From contig OZ241362.1 of assembly GCA_965200315.1 (NCBI GenBank), positions 2,720,001-2,784,000 of the forward strand: a stretch of 64,000 nt of DNA. The letters are read 5' to 3'. Shown here one piece after another: positions 18,961-28,836 of the stretch (position 1 is the first letter of the stretch; every line of letters begins with the position of its first letter). Source of the DNA: Candidatus Latescibacterota bacterium. Its GTDB lineage: Bacteria > Latescibacterota > UBA2968 > UBA8231. Below the pieces are notes generated by a model. That model was not told the origin of the DNA. It saw only the letters and a list, made by a program, of their open reading frames with translations, and made no database searches. Made by a program: the position numbers and the translations under genes.

Positions 18961-21036
18961 ATGACAGTGAAGGAACGGATTAGAGAAGCACAGATGGAAC
19001 TTAGAAAAAGGAAAATGACTGCACAATTCTGGCGATCTAAAGGACTTAGCGTTCGTGCATCCAATTGTCTGTCAATGGCAAACATTATAGACGAACAAAA
19101 GCTAATCGAGAAAATTACAACTCTTGATTGTCTGCTTGCTCTCAGAAATTGTGGCAGACAAACAGCCGAAGAGGTCTGGACATTTATCACAAACTTAAAG
19201 TCTGCCCCCGACTACGATCGGGGACCAGAAGTTACATCATCCGATCCGAGCGATGAATATTTTACAGAATTGCAATCGATCTTCATCCCTCTCCTAAACA
19301 CAGAAATATCTGCCCATACATGGAAAGCTCTTCAAAAGATTCCGGTCAACAGTATCCGTTGGAGCGTTCGGACGCAAAATGTGATTAATTGGCAAAGGTT
19401 GCAATCACTTGCTGAGGTTGCCGAATTTTCACCGAGAAAATGGCTGAGTTTTAGAAATTTTGGAAGTACCTCTTTGACAGAACTCCAAGAGTGCGTGAGC
19501 GAAACAATTGAACAACTTCGATCTAATCCTGATATGCTTGATCCGGGTGATAGACATCTGGGACAAAAACCTAACCATTTTGTTAAAACGCAATCGGTCT
19601 TTATTCCCCTCCTAAACACAAGAGTATCTGCTCATACATGGAACACTCTTCAAAACAGTTCTATCCGTCAATTCACATGGAGTGTTCGGACACAAAATAT
19701 TCTCCTTAAGCAAGGCTTCAAAACGCTTGCGGAGATTGCCGAACTCTCTCCCCAAAAATGGCTCATATTTAGGAATTTCGGACGCAAATCTCTGATTGAA
19801 ATTCAGGAAACAGTAGATAAGGTCATAGCAAATCCTGATGTGCTTGATCCGAACAATGACCGTTCTAATGAATTACCGCAGATCCAGACACTTTCCGAAC
19901 TCGGTCGCGTGGTTTTTCAACGTCTGCAATCCCGCCAACAGGAGATTGTTAAGTACTACTATGGTTACGAGGAAATTCCTAAAAATTTACAGCAAATCGG
20001 CGAATTACTTGGAGTTAGCCGTGAGCGAGTCAGGCAAATTAAGCAGACAATCAATAATAAAATTAATCAAGGAGAGGACAATCACTTAATTACAACCACG
20101 ATCTTCTGTCTTTTGGGCAAATCTATCCACGATGTTCTAGCAAAGGATGGTGGGTTCTGTTCTGTCGAAAGCCTCCAAGAGATTATTCACCAGCAGTTGG
20201 GATTGGGAGATAACGAACAGTGGATTATCGACTGGTTTAATGAAGCATTCGGTGAGACGTGGATATACTTGGGGATAGACGAGTACAAAATTGTTGATGG
20301 TGTTTTTCTGCTAAAATCAGGAGACCCTGTTCAAAATTTTTTAGCACAACTTACTCTGAGACTCCAACGTTACGGTTATCGACCTTTGACATTGAAAGAA
20401 TGTCAACACCTCATTCAGAAAATGGATGGATCGATGTACGACTGCGACAGCAGTTCAATAGCTTTTGATTCAGATCAGTTGATCAACGTGATTACAAGCT
20501 ATCCTAGCTTAAAAGTCTATCAGTATGGAGAAACACTTATCGGGTCAAAGGCATGGACGTGGTTCAATCCTGAAAAGCCAACGACAGCGTCTCTCGTCGA
20601 ATGGTATCTCCGAGTGGTCAATGAACCCGCCACGGCAAAAGCAATTGCCAATGGAATATGGAGAAAACTTGGTAATTTTAGGTTGATGCCTTTTGATATT
20701 GCTGAAATCTGCGAAAAACAACCGTACCTCTTTCAAGTTGATGATAATGGTGCTTACGGTTTGAGCCTTTGGAAGGAAGCCACAAAAAACCAGCAAGTCC
20801 TCACAGAGTTGCTGTCAGATAAACCGTTACCTATTGAGCAGATTGCAGAAGTGTTATCCCTCAAGAATCTAGAAGAGACGACGCTGATTGTCGCAACCTT
20901 GAATTTTTATACAGATTCGTTTGTGGAAGTGATGCCTTTCGAGTGGGCATTAAAGCCACAGATGGACAGAATCGAGATGGAAACAGATTTTGATTATACC
21001 AATCTCACTTTTGAAGACTTGATGCCTAAATTATGA
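18961..21036 (+). CDS. Protein with three RNA polymerase alpha-CTD-like domains plus a sigma70 region-4 HTH
   Basis: LSVRASNCL...RNCGRQTAEEV, WSVRTQNV...RNFGSTSLTEL and WSVRTQNI...RNFGRKSLIEI match alpha-CTD. LQQIGELLGVSRERVRQI matches sigma70 r4. Confidence 0.8.
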   Translation: MTVKERIREAQMELRKRKMTAQFWRSKGLSVRASNCLSMANIIDEQKLIEKITTLDCLLALRNCGRQTAEEVWTFITNLKSAPDYDRGPEVTSSDPSDEYFTELQSIFIPLLNTEISAHTWKALQKIPVNSIRWSVRTQNVINWQRLQSLAEVAEFSPRKWLSFRNFGSTSLTELQECVSETIEQLRSNPDMLDPGDRHLGQKPNHFVKTQSVFIPLLNTRVSAHTWNTLQNSSIRQFTWSVRTQNILLKQGFKTLAEIAELSPQKWLIFRNFGRKSLIEIQETVDKVIANPDVLDPNNDRSNELPQIQTLSELGRVVFQRLQSRQQEIVKYYYGYEEIPKNLQQIGELLGVSRERVRQIKQTINNKINQGEDNHLITTTIFCLLGKSIHDVLAKDGGFCSVESLQEIIHQQLGLGDNEQWIIDWFNEAFGETWIYLGIDEYKIVDGVFLLKSGDPVQNFLAQLTLRLQRYGYRPLTLKECQHLIQKMDGSMYDCDSSSIAFDSDQLINVITSYPSLKVYQYGETLIGSKAWTWFNPEKPTTASLVEWYLRVVNEPATAKAIANGIWRKLGNFRLMPFDIAEICEKQPYLFQVDDNGAYGLSLWKEATKNQQVLTELLSDKPLPIEQIAEVLSLKNLEETTLIVATLNFYTDSFVEVMPFEWALKPQMDRIEMETDFDYTNLTFEDLMPKL
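19273..19851 (+). repeat. Internal tandem duplication of an alpha-CTD unit
   Basis: 19273-19545 and 19591-19851 are similar at DNA and protein level (QSxFIPLLNT...NPDxLDP). Confidence 0.8.
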
Positions 21037-22697
21037 AAGAGTTACATCGCATGATCTTGCCACAACACCAACAACCCATAACCGTTCGACTTGCGCGGAA
21101 AGAGGACATTGATGACGCGAAACGAATCGCAGACCAACATCGCTTGGAATTGGGGTTTGTCAGTATCGCTGTTTTACGGGCTGCACAAAGCAAAAGATGG
21201 CTACTTGTTGCTGCCGAATGGGAGGATAAGAGAAAATGTGATGTGGTCGTCGGATTTGCAAACTTTCGAATCAGACAGGACCGAAATGCAACTCTGTACG
21301 AAATCGCAGTAGCTGATACACATAGGTGCACAGGTGTCGGCACTCGCTTGCTGAGTGAATTAATTCGACGTGTTCACCTCGCCGGCGGGCAATATGTTCG
21401 CCTCAAATGCCCACAAGATCTGAGTGCCAATCAATTTTACCAAAAACGCGGATTTCGATATATAGAAACGGAGCAAGGCAAAAAGAGACGGCTCCAAGTA
21501 TGGTCCTACCGCATACCCTCAATGCACGGGGCAGACGTAGCAACTCTCCCGATTACCTCGTCTAGCTCTGTGGTTAGTAAGCAGGGTTCGCGGCGACTCA
21601 TCGGATGGGAGGGCGAATCCCTCACACCCGCGTATTTCTACGCCTCCCTGACTGTCAAACCAGATGAGATGAGGACATTGCACCGCCTCTGGCATAAACA
21701 TGCACACGACTTTGATTGGAAGTTCGGTAAACCGAATCCATTTCAACGAGTACTCATCTCTCCTGTCGTCGCTCACAAGTACACCTTTGATTTCGTCCGC
21801 GAACTGAAACGGACAGGTGAGACGGAAGTGGTCATGTTTGATTCTGGTGGCTATTTCGTCCAGAAAGGAGATATCTCTTATTACGACCTGCATCGAAAAC
21901 TCTATGACCGCTATCAGCAGGAGGATTGGGCGGATATCTACGTTCTTCCAGATAATCCACCACTTAGCAAAGATTCACTGAGTTCTGCGGAAGCAAAGAT
22001 AAAACAAACTGTTGAAGGCAGTCTGCTACTTCACGGGGACCTTCCTTACGCAATTCAGCAGAAAGCGATGCCTGTCGTTCACGCAACGAGAAGTGAACAT
22101 CTCGACTATTGCCTGCGACAATACACCAATTTTAAGAAAATCGGTTTCGGCTCATTTCCAACAAGCGGAAATTCAGACTCTATCAACCGATTGAACGTCG
22201 ACGCACTGCTAATTTTACAACAACTGACTCTGATGCTAGATTCTGAGGGTGTTAAACTACATACCTTTGGTATTTCAACACCACCTGCAATTTATCTGCT
22301 ATCATTAGCCGGTGTACATTCTTTTGACTCTAATGGTTGGATGCGGTCTGGTGGATATGGCAAGATATTTCTCCCATTTATGCGAGGTTATCTAGTTACT
22401 TTTAATTCTCGAAAAAATAAGAACTTGAATGAAGCAGAATTCAAATTATGGAAAGAAAATATAAAGCATGATTGTCCATTCTGCGGTTCTTTTGATCGGC
22501 TTTCAAATAATCGGTGGGATCGAATTATGCACAATCTGATAGTTATGTCAGAGTTAGAAACACATCAGAGGATACCCCAAACGGATATGTTACGAGAGCT
22601 ATCAGAAACGTACTATCGTATGTCGCAAAGCATACATAATAGGATAGGTGAAAGTTTTAACGGAGGATCTATTCTATGGCACGCTCGCACATTCTAA
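21033..22697 (+). CDS. GNAT acetyltransferase fused to a tRNA-guanine transglycosylase (TGT/DpdA-like) domain
   Basis: N-terminal GNAT: IAVADTHRCTGVGTRLL and ANQFYQKRGF. C-terminal TGT: FDSGGY, LPDNPP, PVVHA, HTFG, SFDS and a Zn-site-like HDCPFC...HNL. Confidence 0.8.
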   Translation: MKELHRMILPQHQQPITVRLARKEDIDDAKRIADQHRLELGFVSIAVLRAAQSKRWLLVAAEWEDKRKCDVVVGFANFRIRQDRNATLYEIAVADTHRCTGVGTRLLSELIRRVHLAGGQYVRLKCPQDLSANQFYQKRGFRYIETEQGKKRRLQVWSYRIPSMHGADVATLPITSSSSVVSKQGSRRLIGWEGESLTPAYFYASLTVKPDEMRTLHRLWHKHAHDFDWKFGKPNPFQRVLISPVVAHKYTFDFVRELKRTGETEVVMFDSGGYFVQKGDISYYDLHRKLYDRYQQEDWADIYVLPDNPPLSKDSLSSAEAKIKQTVEGSLLLHGDLPYAIQQKAMPVVHATRSEHLDYCLRQYTNFKKIGFGSFPTSGNSDSINRLNVDALLILQQLTLMLDSEGVKLHTFGISTPPAIYLLSLAGVHSFDSNGWMRSGGYGKIFLPFMRGYLVTFNSRKNKNLNEAEFKLWKENIKHDCPFCGSFDRLSNNRWDRIMHNLIVMSELETHQRIPQTDMLRELSETYYRMSQSIHNRIGESFNGGSILWHARTF

Positions 22698-23518
22698 AAG
22701 GGTTTTCGGATTTGGAGTCGGCGTTGTGGGTCCACAAATACCACCCTGGCCTTACAACAATCCGCCAAATGGTCAAAAAGGCTCTGGAAAATGGATACTC
22801 CGTAACTGATACAGCACGTTATGAAGCTGTTCAGCTATTAAGCGAATGGGGATTCGCAGATGGAAAAAGTAGGTCACTAACCCTCGAAGGCGAAGTATTT
22901 TACTACCTGTGGGAAACAAAACGAAGCACCGCGATTGATTTTCTGCACGCACGGCAATATAGTCTATGGGCACAAAGAGCCCCAGATCAAAACATTGCGT
23001 CGTGGGCGTACAAAAATATCTGTGACTACCTGTGGACACAGCAAACGCTTCCGGATAGAGATCAGGATCTAGTGGCTTACATCAATGACCTTCGAACTTC
23101 CGACAAAAATGTGATTCCGCCAGCAAATATAGGCAATGCGTTTTCCAATAAGTCGATCAATGACGCTTATGATTGGCTCCTGCCGCTGGAACCACCTGTT
23201 TTAGTGAACGGCGAGGTCGACGGTAAGGCACTTAAGGACGCTACATTTTCACAACGAGCATTTTGCTCAACACCGCTTTTTGTGATGGCACTCGGTTATA
23301 TTGTGCGAGAATCTGACACAACATTTGGGGATTTAGTCAAAATTGACTACACGCGAAAACAAGCCGCTTGTCGCTTCTGTCTGATCAACGAAACTGGCTT
23401 CGATCTCATGCTCGACGAGGCGTTACGCCAAGTTTCGTACCTGTCAGTACAGAGAGATTGGGACGGAGTTTATATAGTGTTAAATCAAATACCGGAGATT
23501 AGGGATTTTATTAATTGA
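22676..23518 (+). CDS. Hypothetical protein, putative winged-helix (DUF4007/BrxA-like)
   Basis: 280 aa. The LLSEWGF..LTLEG..DFLH..SWAY pattern resembles DUF4007/SspB wHTH proteins. Its operon position also fits. Confidence 0.4.
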   Translation: MARSHILKGFSDLESALWVHKYHPGLTTIRQMVKKALENGYSVTDTARYEAVQLLSEWGFADGKSRSLTLEGEVFYYLWETKRSTAIDFLHARQYSLWAQRAPDQNIASWAYKNICDYLWTQQTLPDRDQDLVAYINDLRTSDKNVIPPANIGNAFSNKSINDAYDWLLPLEPPVLVNGEVDGKALKDATFSQRAFCSTPLFVMALGYIVRESDTTFGDLVKIDYTRKQAACRFCLINETGFDLMLDEALRQVSYLSVQRDWDGVYIVLNQIPEIRDFIN

Positions 23519-24009
23519 AAGGATTAAAATTGAATACACAGGTTTTGAGTGTATATGCGGATACGTCCGTTTTTGGTGGCGCATTCGATGAAGAGTTTCG
23601 TCAAGCCAGTCAGTCCTTTTTCGATATGGTTCGCCATGGACATTTTAACCTGTTGACATCAGTAGTGGTGCAAGAGGAGATCGAGTCTGCCCCTGCGGAA
23701 GTTGTAACACACTTTGAACAGATGCTCAACTTTGCAGAAATTGTAGAGATTTCTGAGAAGGTTTTACAACTCCAACAGGCTTACTTAAATGCGAAAATTG
23801 TGCCTGAAAAATGGGCAGCGGATGCTCTCCATGTTGCCTTAGCCACTGTAGGAGGCTGCTCGATGATTGTAAGTTGGAATTTCAAACATATCGTGCATTT
23901 TTCAAAAATTCCGCTATACAATGCGGTAAACACACTTTCTGGATACTCAAATATCGCGATCCATTCCCCTCAGGAGGCGATCAACTATGAAAACGAAGAA
24001 GACGTTTGA
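23515..24009 (+). CDS. PIN-domain (VapC-like) ribonuclease toxin
   Basis: VYADTSVFGG, VVQEEI and DALHVALAT...IVSWNFKHIV motifs. Confidence 0.85.
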   Translation: MKGLKLNTQVLSVYADTSVFGGAFDEEFRQASQSFFDMVRHGHFNLLTSVVVQEEIESAPAEVVTHFEQMLNFAEIVEISEKVLQLQQAYLNAKIVPEKWAADALHVALATVGGCSMIVSWNFKHIVHFSKIPLYNAVNTLSGYSNIAIHSPQEAINYENEEDV

Positions 24010-24166
24010 TTGCGTTGAGATGAAACGTCGTGGCGCAGAACGAATCTACAATCAAATCGCAAGCATGACGCTCAGAGAACAACTAGCTTTCTGGGAAGAA
24101 CGTACCGAGTTGCTGCGAAAGCATCAGAAAACGATAAAAGTGAGACGCAAAATATCTGTGAGTTGA
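23987..24166 (+). CDS. Small putative antitoxin partner of the PIN protein (59 aa, not in ORF track)
   Basis: SD CAGGAGG, then MKTKKTFDCVEMKRRGAERIYNQIASMTLREQLAFW... It overlaps both neighbours. Confidence 0.7.
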   Translation: MKTKKTFDCVEMKRRGAERIYNQIASMTLREQLAFWEERTELLRKHQKTIKVRRKISVS

Positions 24167-24705
24167 ACCCGATGCTCTGGCAATCTTATCATCGAAAACT
24201 TCTCGCGTTAGCCGAAACTAGTGAGACTTTGACGACCTCTCAGCAGGAGGTCTGTCAATTTTTGCGGCAGGAAATCGGAGACTATCAGCAACGTATCAAC
24301 CTTTGGGGACTCCCGGGGGTTGGTAAAACATTTCTCGCTCACTATTTTCACCACTATGCAGATGGTCTCTATTTTTCATCTACGGAGAGTTCTCTAATCA
24401 CAGAAGTTTCCCCAAAGTCAGTGGTTATCATTGATAACGCACCATCTGACCGGAGTTTGGCGCGGTCGATCTTCGGGGAGATGCTTTGGGCTAGTGCGTC
24501 GTCGGTAATTTTGGTGACGTGTCAACCAATTGATGATGCGGTTCAGAGGATTGAGTTAGATCTGACAGATAGAGATATGGCACAAGTTGAGGGCGTAATG
24601 CGTAAACTTTTCGCCTATTCGCCAGTTGATAAGGTGGACAATTTTGAACGCCACCGCTCGGGGATTTGGGGACAACTCAAAGCTATGGCAGAACACGCCA
24701 TATAA
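24163..24705 (+). CDS. Small P-loop NTPase (BrxB/BrxF-like)
   Basis: 180 aa. Walker A GLPGVGKT and Walker B VVIIDNA. Confidence 0.65.
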   Translation: MNPMLWQSYHRKLLALAETSETLTTSQQEVCQFLRQEIGDYQQRINLWGLPGVGKTFLAHYFHHYADGLYFSSTESSLITEVSPKSVVIIDNAPSDRSLARSIFGEMLWASASSVILVTCQPIDDAVQRIELDLTDRDMAQVEGVMRKLFAYSPVDKVDNFERHRSGIWGQLKAMAEHAI

Positions 24706-24753
24706 GATAAGACATAATCAGGCTGCGGCTTGAGCAAAGAGAGGAGATAACAC

Positions 24754-27700
24754 ATGGCTTTGGACGAGATTATTCAGAAAAATGTTGTGGTTGACACGCC
24801 TAGTGCTTCAGACCTCGCGGCGAGACCAGATGAATGGGCCAATCGTTTTCAATTTCACGTCTCAACGCACGTCGCGATTGCCGATATGACCGATAAGTGG
24901 GATGCAATTCTCAAAAATATCCTGCGAGGGCGTTCAGCAACCGGTCTCATTCATGCCGATACAGGATACGGCAAGACCTCAACAGCAGCCTCATTCTGGC
25001 ATTATGCGGAACAACGGAAAATTGTCACAGTTCCACCTTTCGCCTGGAATAGCATCGCCGACATGCTTATCGCAACTCATGGATGGGTCTGTCATCGTTT
25101 AAAGATGAAGAGGCCAGATCTAATTGCCGATCTAGAACAGCAGTATAAGACGCTAATTGAAAGAAGCGACGAAGACCGTGCCCGCAGAACCAGTCAAGAA
25201 GAAGATATTCCGCTCGATCATACCAGACGGGTTGTTCAGTCGCTCAAAGCGAAAGGTGATATAACTGATTCCATCTCCGCGAACCGCCTCATTGACTACC
25301 TACGGAAGGCAACAGCAACGCTTCTTGAGGCAGATTACAAAGGATTGCTTATTCTGCCGGATGAATTCGAGCTTTTTGCCAATACGAATCCAGACATCGC
25401 TAAGAACTTTGCTGAACTCAAGGATTTTATCTTCCCGATTTTTCAAGAAGCGAATCTTCCAATCGGCTGTGTTGTTCTGACCTATCGCCGAACTTTTTCG
25501 GAGATCCAACTCAGAGAACCTTACATATTTGCACGCTTCAACAAGCCTGAAGGAAGTTTGATTGATCTCGAGCAAGCGTATGGAAAAATTGAAAACGATA
25601 GGTCTTTTGCCCACGACCTTTGGGAAAAATTGTCCATTCAGTGCAATCTATCCACCGAGGAACAAAAGGCGATTGATCAGGATGTGCTATTTGCCCTCGG
25701 ACAGTTTTTGGGACACCAACGCACAACACAACTCATTAGTGGCCCCCGATCGGTTGTTGCGACATTCCGGCGAGCTGCCATTCGCTACACTGAGACGCAA
25801 CAGACGTATTCAATTTTCGATTTTTGCGAAGATTATATCTCTCAGGGAATTATCTGCTTCAATAACCAAGAAACCGATGCAGTCAAATCTCATACCTCAA
25901 TCATGAGCCAACCTATTATCGGTGCTGACGAAGCAAAGCAGAAGTTGGTTAAGCTCCTGTGCGTCTGTCCAGATGGCGTACCAGAAGTACTTTTCAAGAA
26001 GAACGATATTTCCGATAAAGACCGCTTGGCAGTTGTGGAGGGATTATTAGGGACACATGTTATTACAAAAATTGTCGGACCAACATTGATCCACTATAAA
26101 GATGATTTACAATCAGGTGATGCACTCATTGAGCTTCTCAAAGTTCTTCGGAATCAGTACAATCCCGCAAGCGCAGAAACACATCGCGCTGCAGTCAGGT
26201 CATTTGCGAATTTCATTCTACCCGAAATCTTCTCACAGACTATTGGAGCATCCTTTACGGGTTGGGGAGGATTAAAAAAGATGGAAGGGGATATCGAACC
26301 GACCTATCAGGCCGCGCTGTCAGGGACATCGATCCGAGATTATCCAGATCGGACACTGACTGTACATGTTGGCACTGAGGATTTCCAAGAGATTAGCGGT
26401 CCCTATCGTGAAAGTCAGTTGTTCGCCTCTTTTATTTTTTTGACTCAGCCCGGTGATACCACAAATACATGTGATGTTGACAAAGATGGTCTCTATTTTC
26501 AACTCAACATATCCGAAGCGATCGACAGACAAGAAATTCCAAGAGATATTGGCAAACTCGGCGATCTCTTTCTGCCGGAATCTGTTACCCCTTCGCTACT
26601 CTTGTCGATGCTTGACTTCTTTGAGAAAGAAACGACTATCGACCAGATGAAGGAGTTAAAACAGGAAGCGCAAGTGCAACTCTTGAAATCCCGAATTTAT
26701 GACCAATTGATCAGTTATTTCTTCTCCACTGAGGTCAAGGAGAGTGCCGTATCACAGCAGGCAGATTTAGCACAAGTCCCAGCGGGAAAAAGTTTTGCCG
26801 AACGGGCTTTAGGTGTACTGATGCGGAAAAAGTTTAAATCATATCGTGCCGTCGCAATCTCTCATCAGTGGCAAAAAAATTTGAGGCTCTACATACAGAC
26901 CCTGAGAGACGCTGAAAGCCTCGGTGTGAAACGGGGCGAGGAACCTATCAAAATGATTGGCAGAGATGTGCCGGGGAGGTTCAATGTTGGTCAGCATACC
27001 ACTTTCTCTAATACCTTCTATCCAGACGGTATTTTGCGTGACCTTTTGCTCGTTAATGAACTTGACGTCAATGGTAGAACTGTAGCAGAAAGTGTTGAAG
27101 TTAAAAACAATCAGGGTCCCGTTGCTGTCTATTTCAAACGCCACGACATGGAAGAGCGCATTTTGAAGACGCTTGAGGAAAGCACGGAAAGCATCGTTAT
27201 TGATGGCAAGCATACCAAAGCAATGAAATGCCATGAAATTTTCCAGCAGGAAGCGAGTCTTGGCTATCTCAATGATGAAATTGAGGAGTTAATCAAAGTA
27301 TTGAAAGCAAGGGGATTGGTTGATCAAAAACAGTACCAAGGGATTGATTATCTATATCGTGTTGAAACAGAAATCAATTTTGCCGAACTGCAACGCAAGA
27401 TCGAACGACTTGAGGAACTGGAGGCACTGGCGAGTTCAAAAGGCTTTACTCCGGAAAGGGAAGAAGATAACTCGTTATCATCGGCTCAGGCAGATTTTCA
27501 GACAATCGGAATTGAGTCCGATGAAGTTCGCAAAGATTCATTACGGCAAAAACTCAATGCGATTGAGGACGCTTTCTCAACGCAGTGTGGGGGATGGCTG
27601 AACACCGAAATGAAACGAGCCGATCAAAAACGCTATGAAATTGAGCCGTTGCGCCTTGATGTTCCAACAGTACTTGATGAAATGACGGGACACCCATTGA

Positions 27701-28836
27701 CAGAGTTTTCGACGCTCCTGTTTAATGATATTCGCAGTGAGGTCAAAAAGGCGTACACAATGCTCTCTGGTCAGGTTTCCGCTTTACAGAATGAAGTCAA
27801 GAATACACTGAACGAAAAGCTCCAGAGCTACAAGGCGGATAGCAGTCCTGAAAAAGCAATTGATGTTGCGGCACAACTGCGGGTCTTCTGCGATGTGATT
27901 GACACAAAAATCAATGGATTGCGAACTTCCGGGAAAGAAGCAGAGCAACTTTACACGTCTTTTGAAAAATGGCGAACGCTTACCAGACAGATCGAAAGCA
28001 ATCGCTTGACGATGAGCGAAGCCCAAGCCAGTGACGCCCTCGACAATCTTATTGATCGATTAGACAATGAACAGCAACAGATCAAAAAACATCTCGCCAA
28101 CCGAGCATTAAGACTGAGCCAAGTGCTTGAAAATCATGAACACTTCACCAAACGATTTACAGAAATCAAGGAGGAATACAACCAGATTACCGAAAATCGA
28201 AAAGATGAGTTTATTGAGTTCCAAGGGATGATTGAAACAGAACTCGTCAAATTGCTTGACACGCCGCATATCGGAGAACCCTACAATCCGTCAGACGAAG
28301 ATGGTGCTTATCGCCGTGTCCGCGAGAAAGCAGTTGAAAAAATTCGTGAATCTTTTATCAAACGCGCAATTCAAAGAATTGCAGCAATGAAAAACGAGTT
28401 GATGAAACCAATAGAGGTTTTCGACGTCGAGCCCAATGTCAAAAACGATGCTATAGATTTGAAGAAAAAGGTCTCAGCATTAGAAATTCAAATTAGTCGA
28501 ATCGATCAGGAACTACAACCGAAAGAGATTGAAGAACAATTGCCCGATTTTGTTCAGTCCTTACTTACAATGAGAGAAGAAAGCACAGAGTTGATGAATC
28601 AATGGGGAAGTATTCAAGGTCAGCTAAGACGTGACAAAAATGAGTTGAGTCATAGGGCGAGAGTACTGTTGGACTTGGTTGAAACAAACACAGACAAAGA
28701 TTTCACAGAACTGATTATTGCTCTCAGGCAGCCTGAAAACAAAATGTTTAGTTCGACGACGGAGATTATTGAAAGCCTCGAAGAATTATACCAATATAAT
28801 TGGCTGAACATCAAAGTCTCACGCACAACATCATAA
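24754..28836 (+). CDS. Large P-loop ATPase with coiled-coil C-terminus (BrxC/PglY-like)
   Basis: 1360 aa. Walker A ADTGYGKT, Walker B LLILPDEFE and a long helical C-terminal half. Directly upstream of the PglZ-like gene. SD GAGGAG. Confidence 0.7.
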   Translation: MALDEIIQKNVVVDTPSASDLAARPDEWANRFQFHVSTHVAIADMTDKWDAILKNILRGRSATGLIHADTGYGKTSTAASFWHYAEQRKIVTVPPFAWNSIADMLIATHGWVCHRLKMKRPDLIADLEQQYKTLIERSDEDRARRTSQEEDIPLDHTRRVVQSLKAKGDITDSISANRLIDYLRKATATLLEADYKGLLILPDEFELFANTNPDIAKNFAELKDFIFPIFQEANLPIGCVVLTYRRTFSEIQLREPYIFARFNKPEGSLIDLEQAYGKIENDRSFAHDLWEKLSIQCNLSTEEQKAIDQDVLFALGQFLGHQRTTQLISGPRSVVATFRRAAIRYTETQQTYSIFDFCEDYISQGIICFNNQETDAVKSHTSIMSQPIIGADEAKQKLVKLLCVCPDGVPEVLFKKNDISDKDRLAVVEGLLGTHVITKIVGPTLIHYKDDLQSGDALIELLKVLRNQYNPASAETHRAAVRSFANFILPEIFSQTIGASFTGWGGLKKMEGDIEPTYQAALSGTSIRDYPDRTLTVHVGTEDFQEISGPYRESQLFASFIFLTQPGDTTNTCDVDKDGLYFQLNISEAIDRQEIPRDIGKLGDLFLPESVTPSLLLSMLDFFEKETTIDQMKELKQEAQVQLLKSRIYDQLISYFFSTEVKESAVSQQADLAQVPAGKSFAERALGVLMRKKFKSYRAVAISHQWQKNLRLYIQTLRDAESLGVKRGEEPIKMIGRDVPGRFNVGQHTTFSNTFYPDGILRDLLLVNELDVNGRTVAESVEVKNNQGPVAVYFKRHDMEERILKTLEESTESIVIDGKHTKAMKCHEIFQQEASLGYLNDEIEELIKVLKARGLVDQKQYQGIDYLYRVETEINFAELQRKIERLEELEALASSKGFTPEREEDNSLSSAQADFQTIGIESDEVRKDSLRQKLNAIEDAFSTQCGGWLNTEMKRADQKRYEIEPLRLDVPTVLDEMTGHPLTEFSTLLFNDIRSEVKKAYTMLSGQVSALQNEVKNTLNEKLQSYKADSSPEKAIDVAAQLRVFCDVIDTKINGLRTSGKEAEQLYTSFEKWRTLTRQIESNRLTMSEAQASDALDNLIDRLDNEQQQIKKHLANRALRLSQVLENHEHFTKRFTEIKEEYNQITENRKDEFIEFQGMIETELVKLLDTPHIGEPYNPSDEDGAYRRVREKAVEKIRESFIKRAIQRIAAMKNELMKPIEVFDVEPNVKNDAIDLKKKVSALEIQISRIDQELQPKEIEEQLPDFVQSLLTMREESTELMNQWGSIQGQLRRDKNELSHRARVLLDLVETNTDKDFTELIIALRQPENKMFSSTTEIIESLEELYQYNWLNIKVSRTTS

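Noticed and set aside
18961-21036. Calling the gene rpoA or a sigma factor
   Set aside because: Only alpha-CTD repeats and region 4 are present. There is no alpha-NTD and no sigma region 2.
21033-22697. Calling the gene housekeeping tgt (queuine tRNA-ribosyltransferase)
   Set aside because: It lacks the typical N-terminal TPxFMPVGT region, is fused to a GNAT, and lies in a low-GC island with ATPase/PglZ genes.
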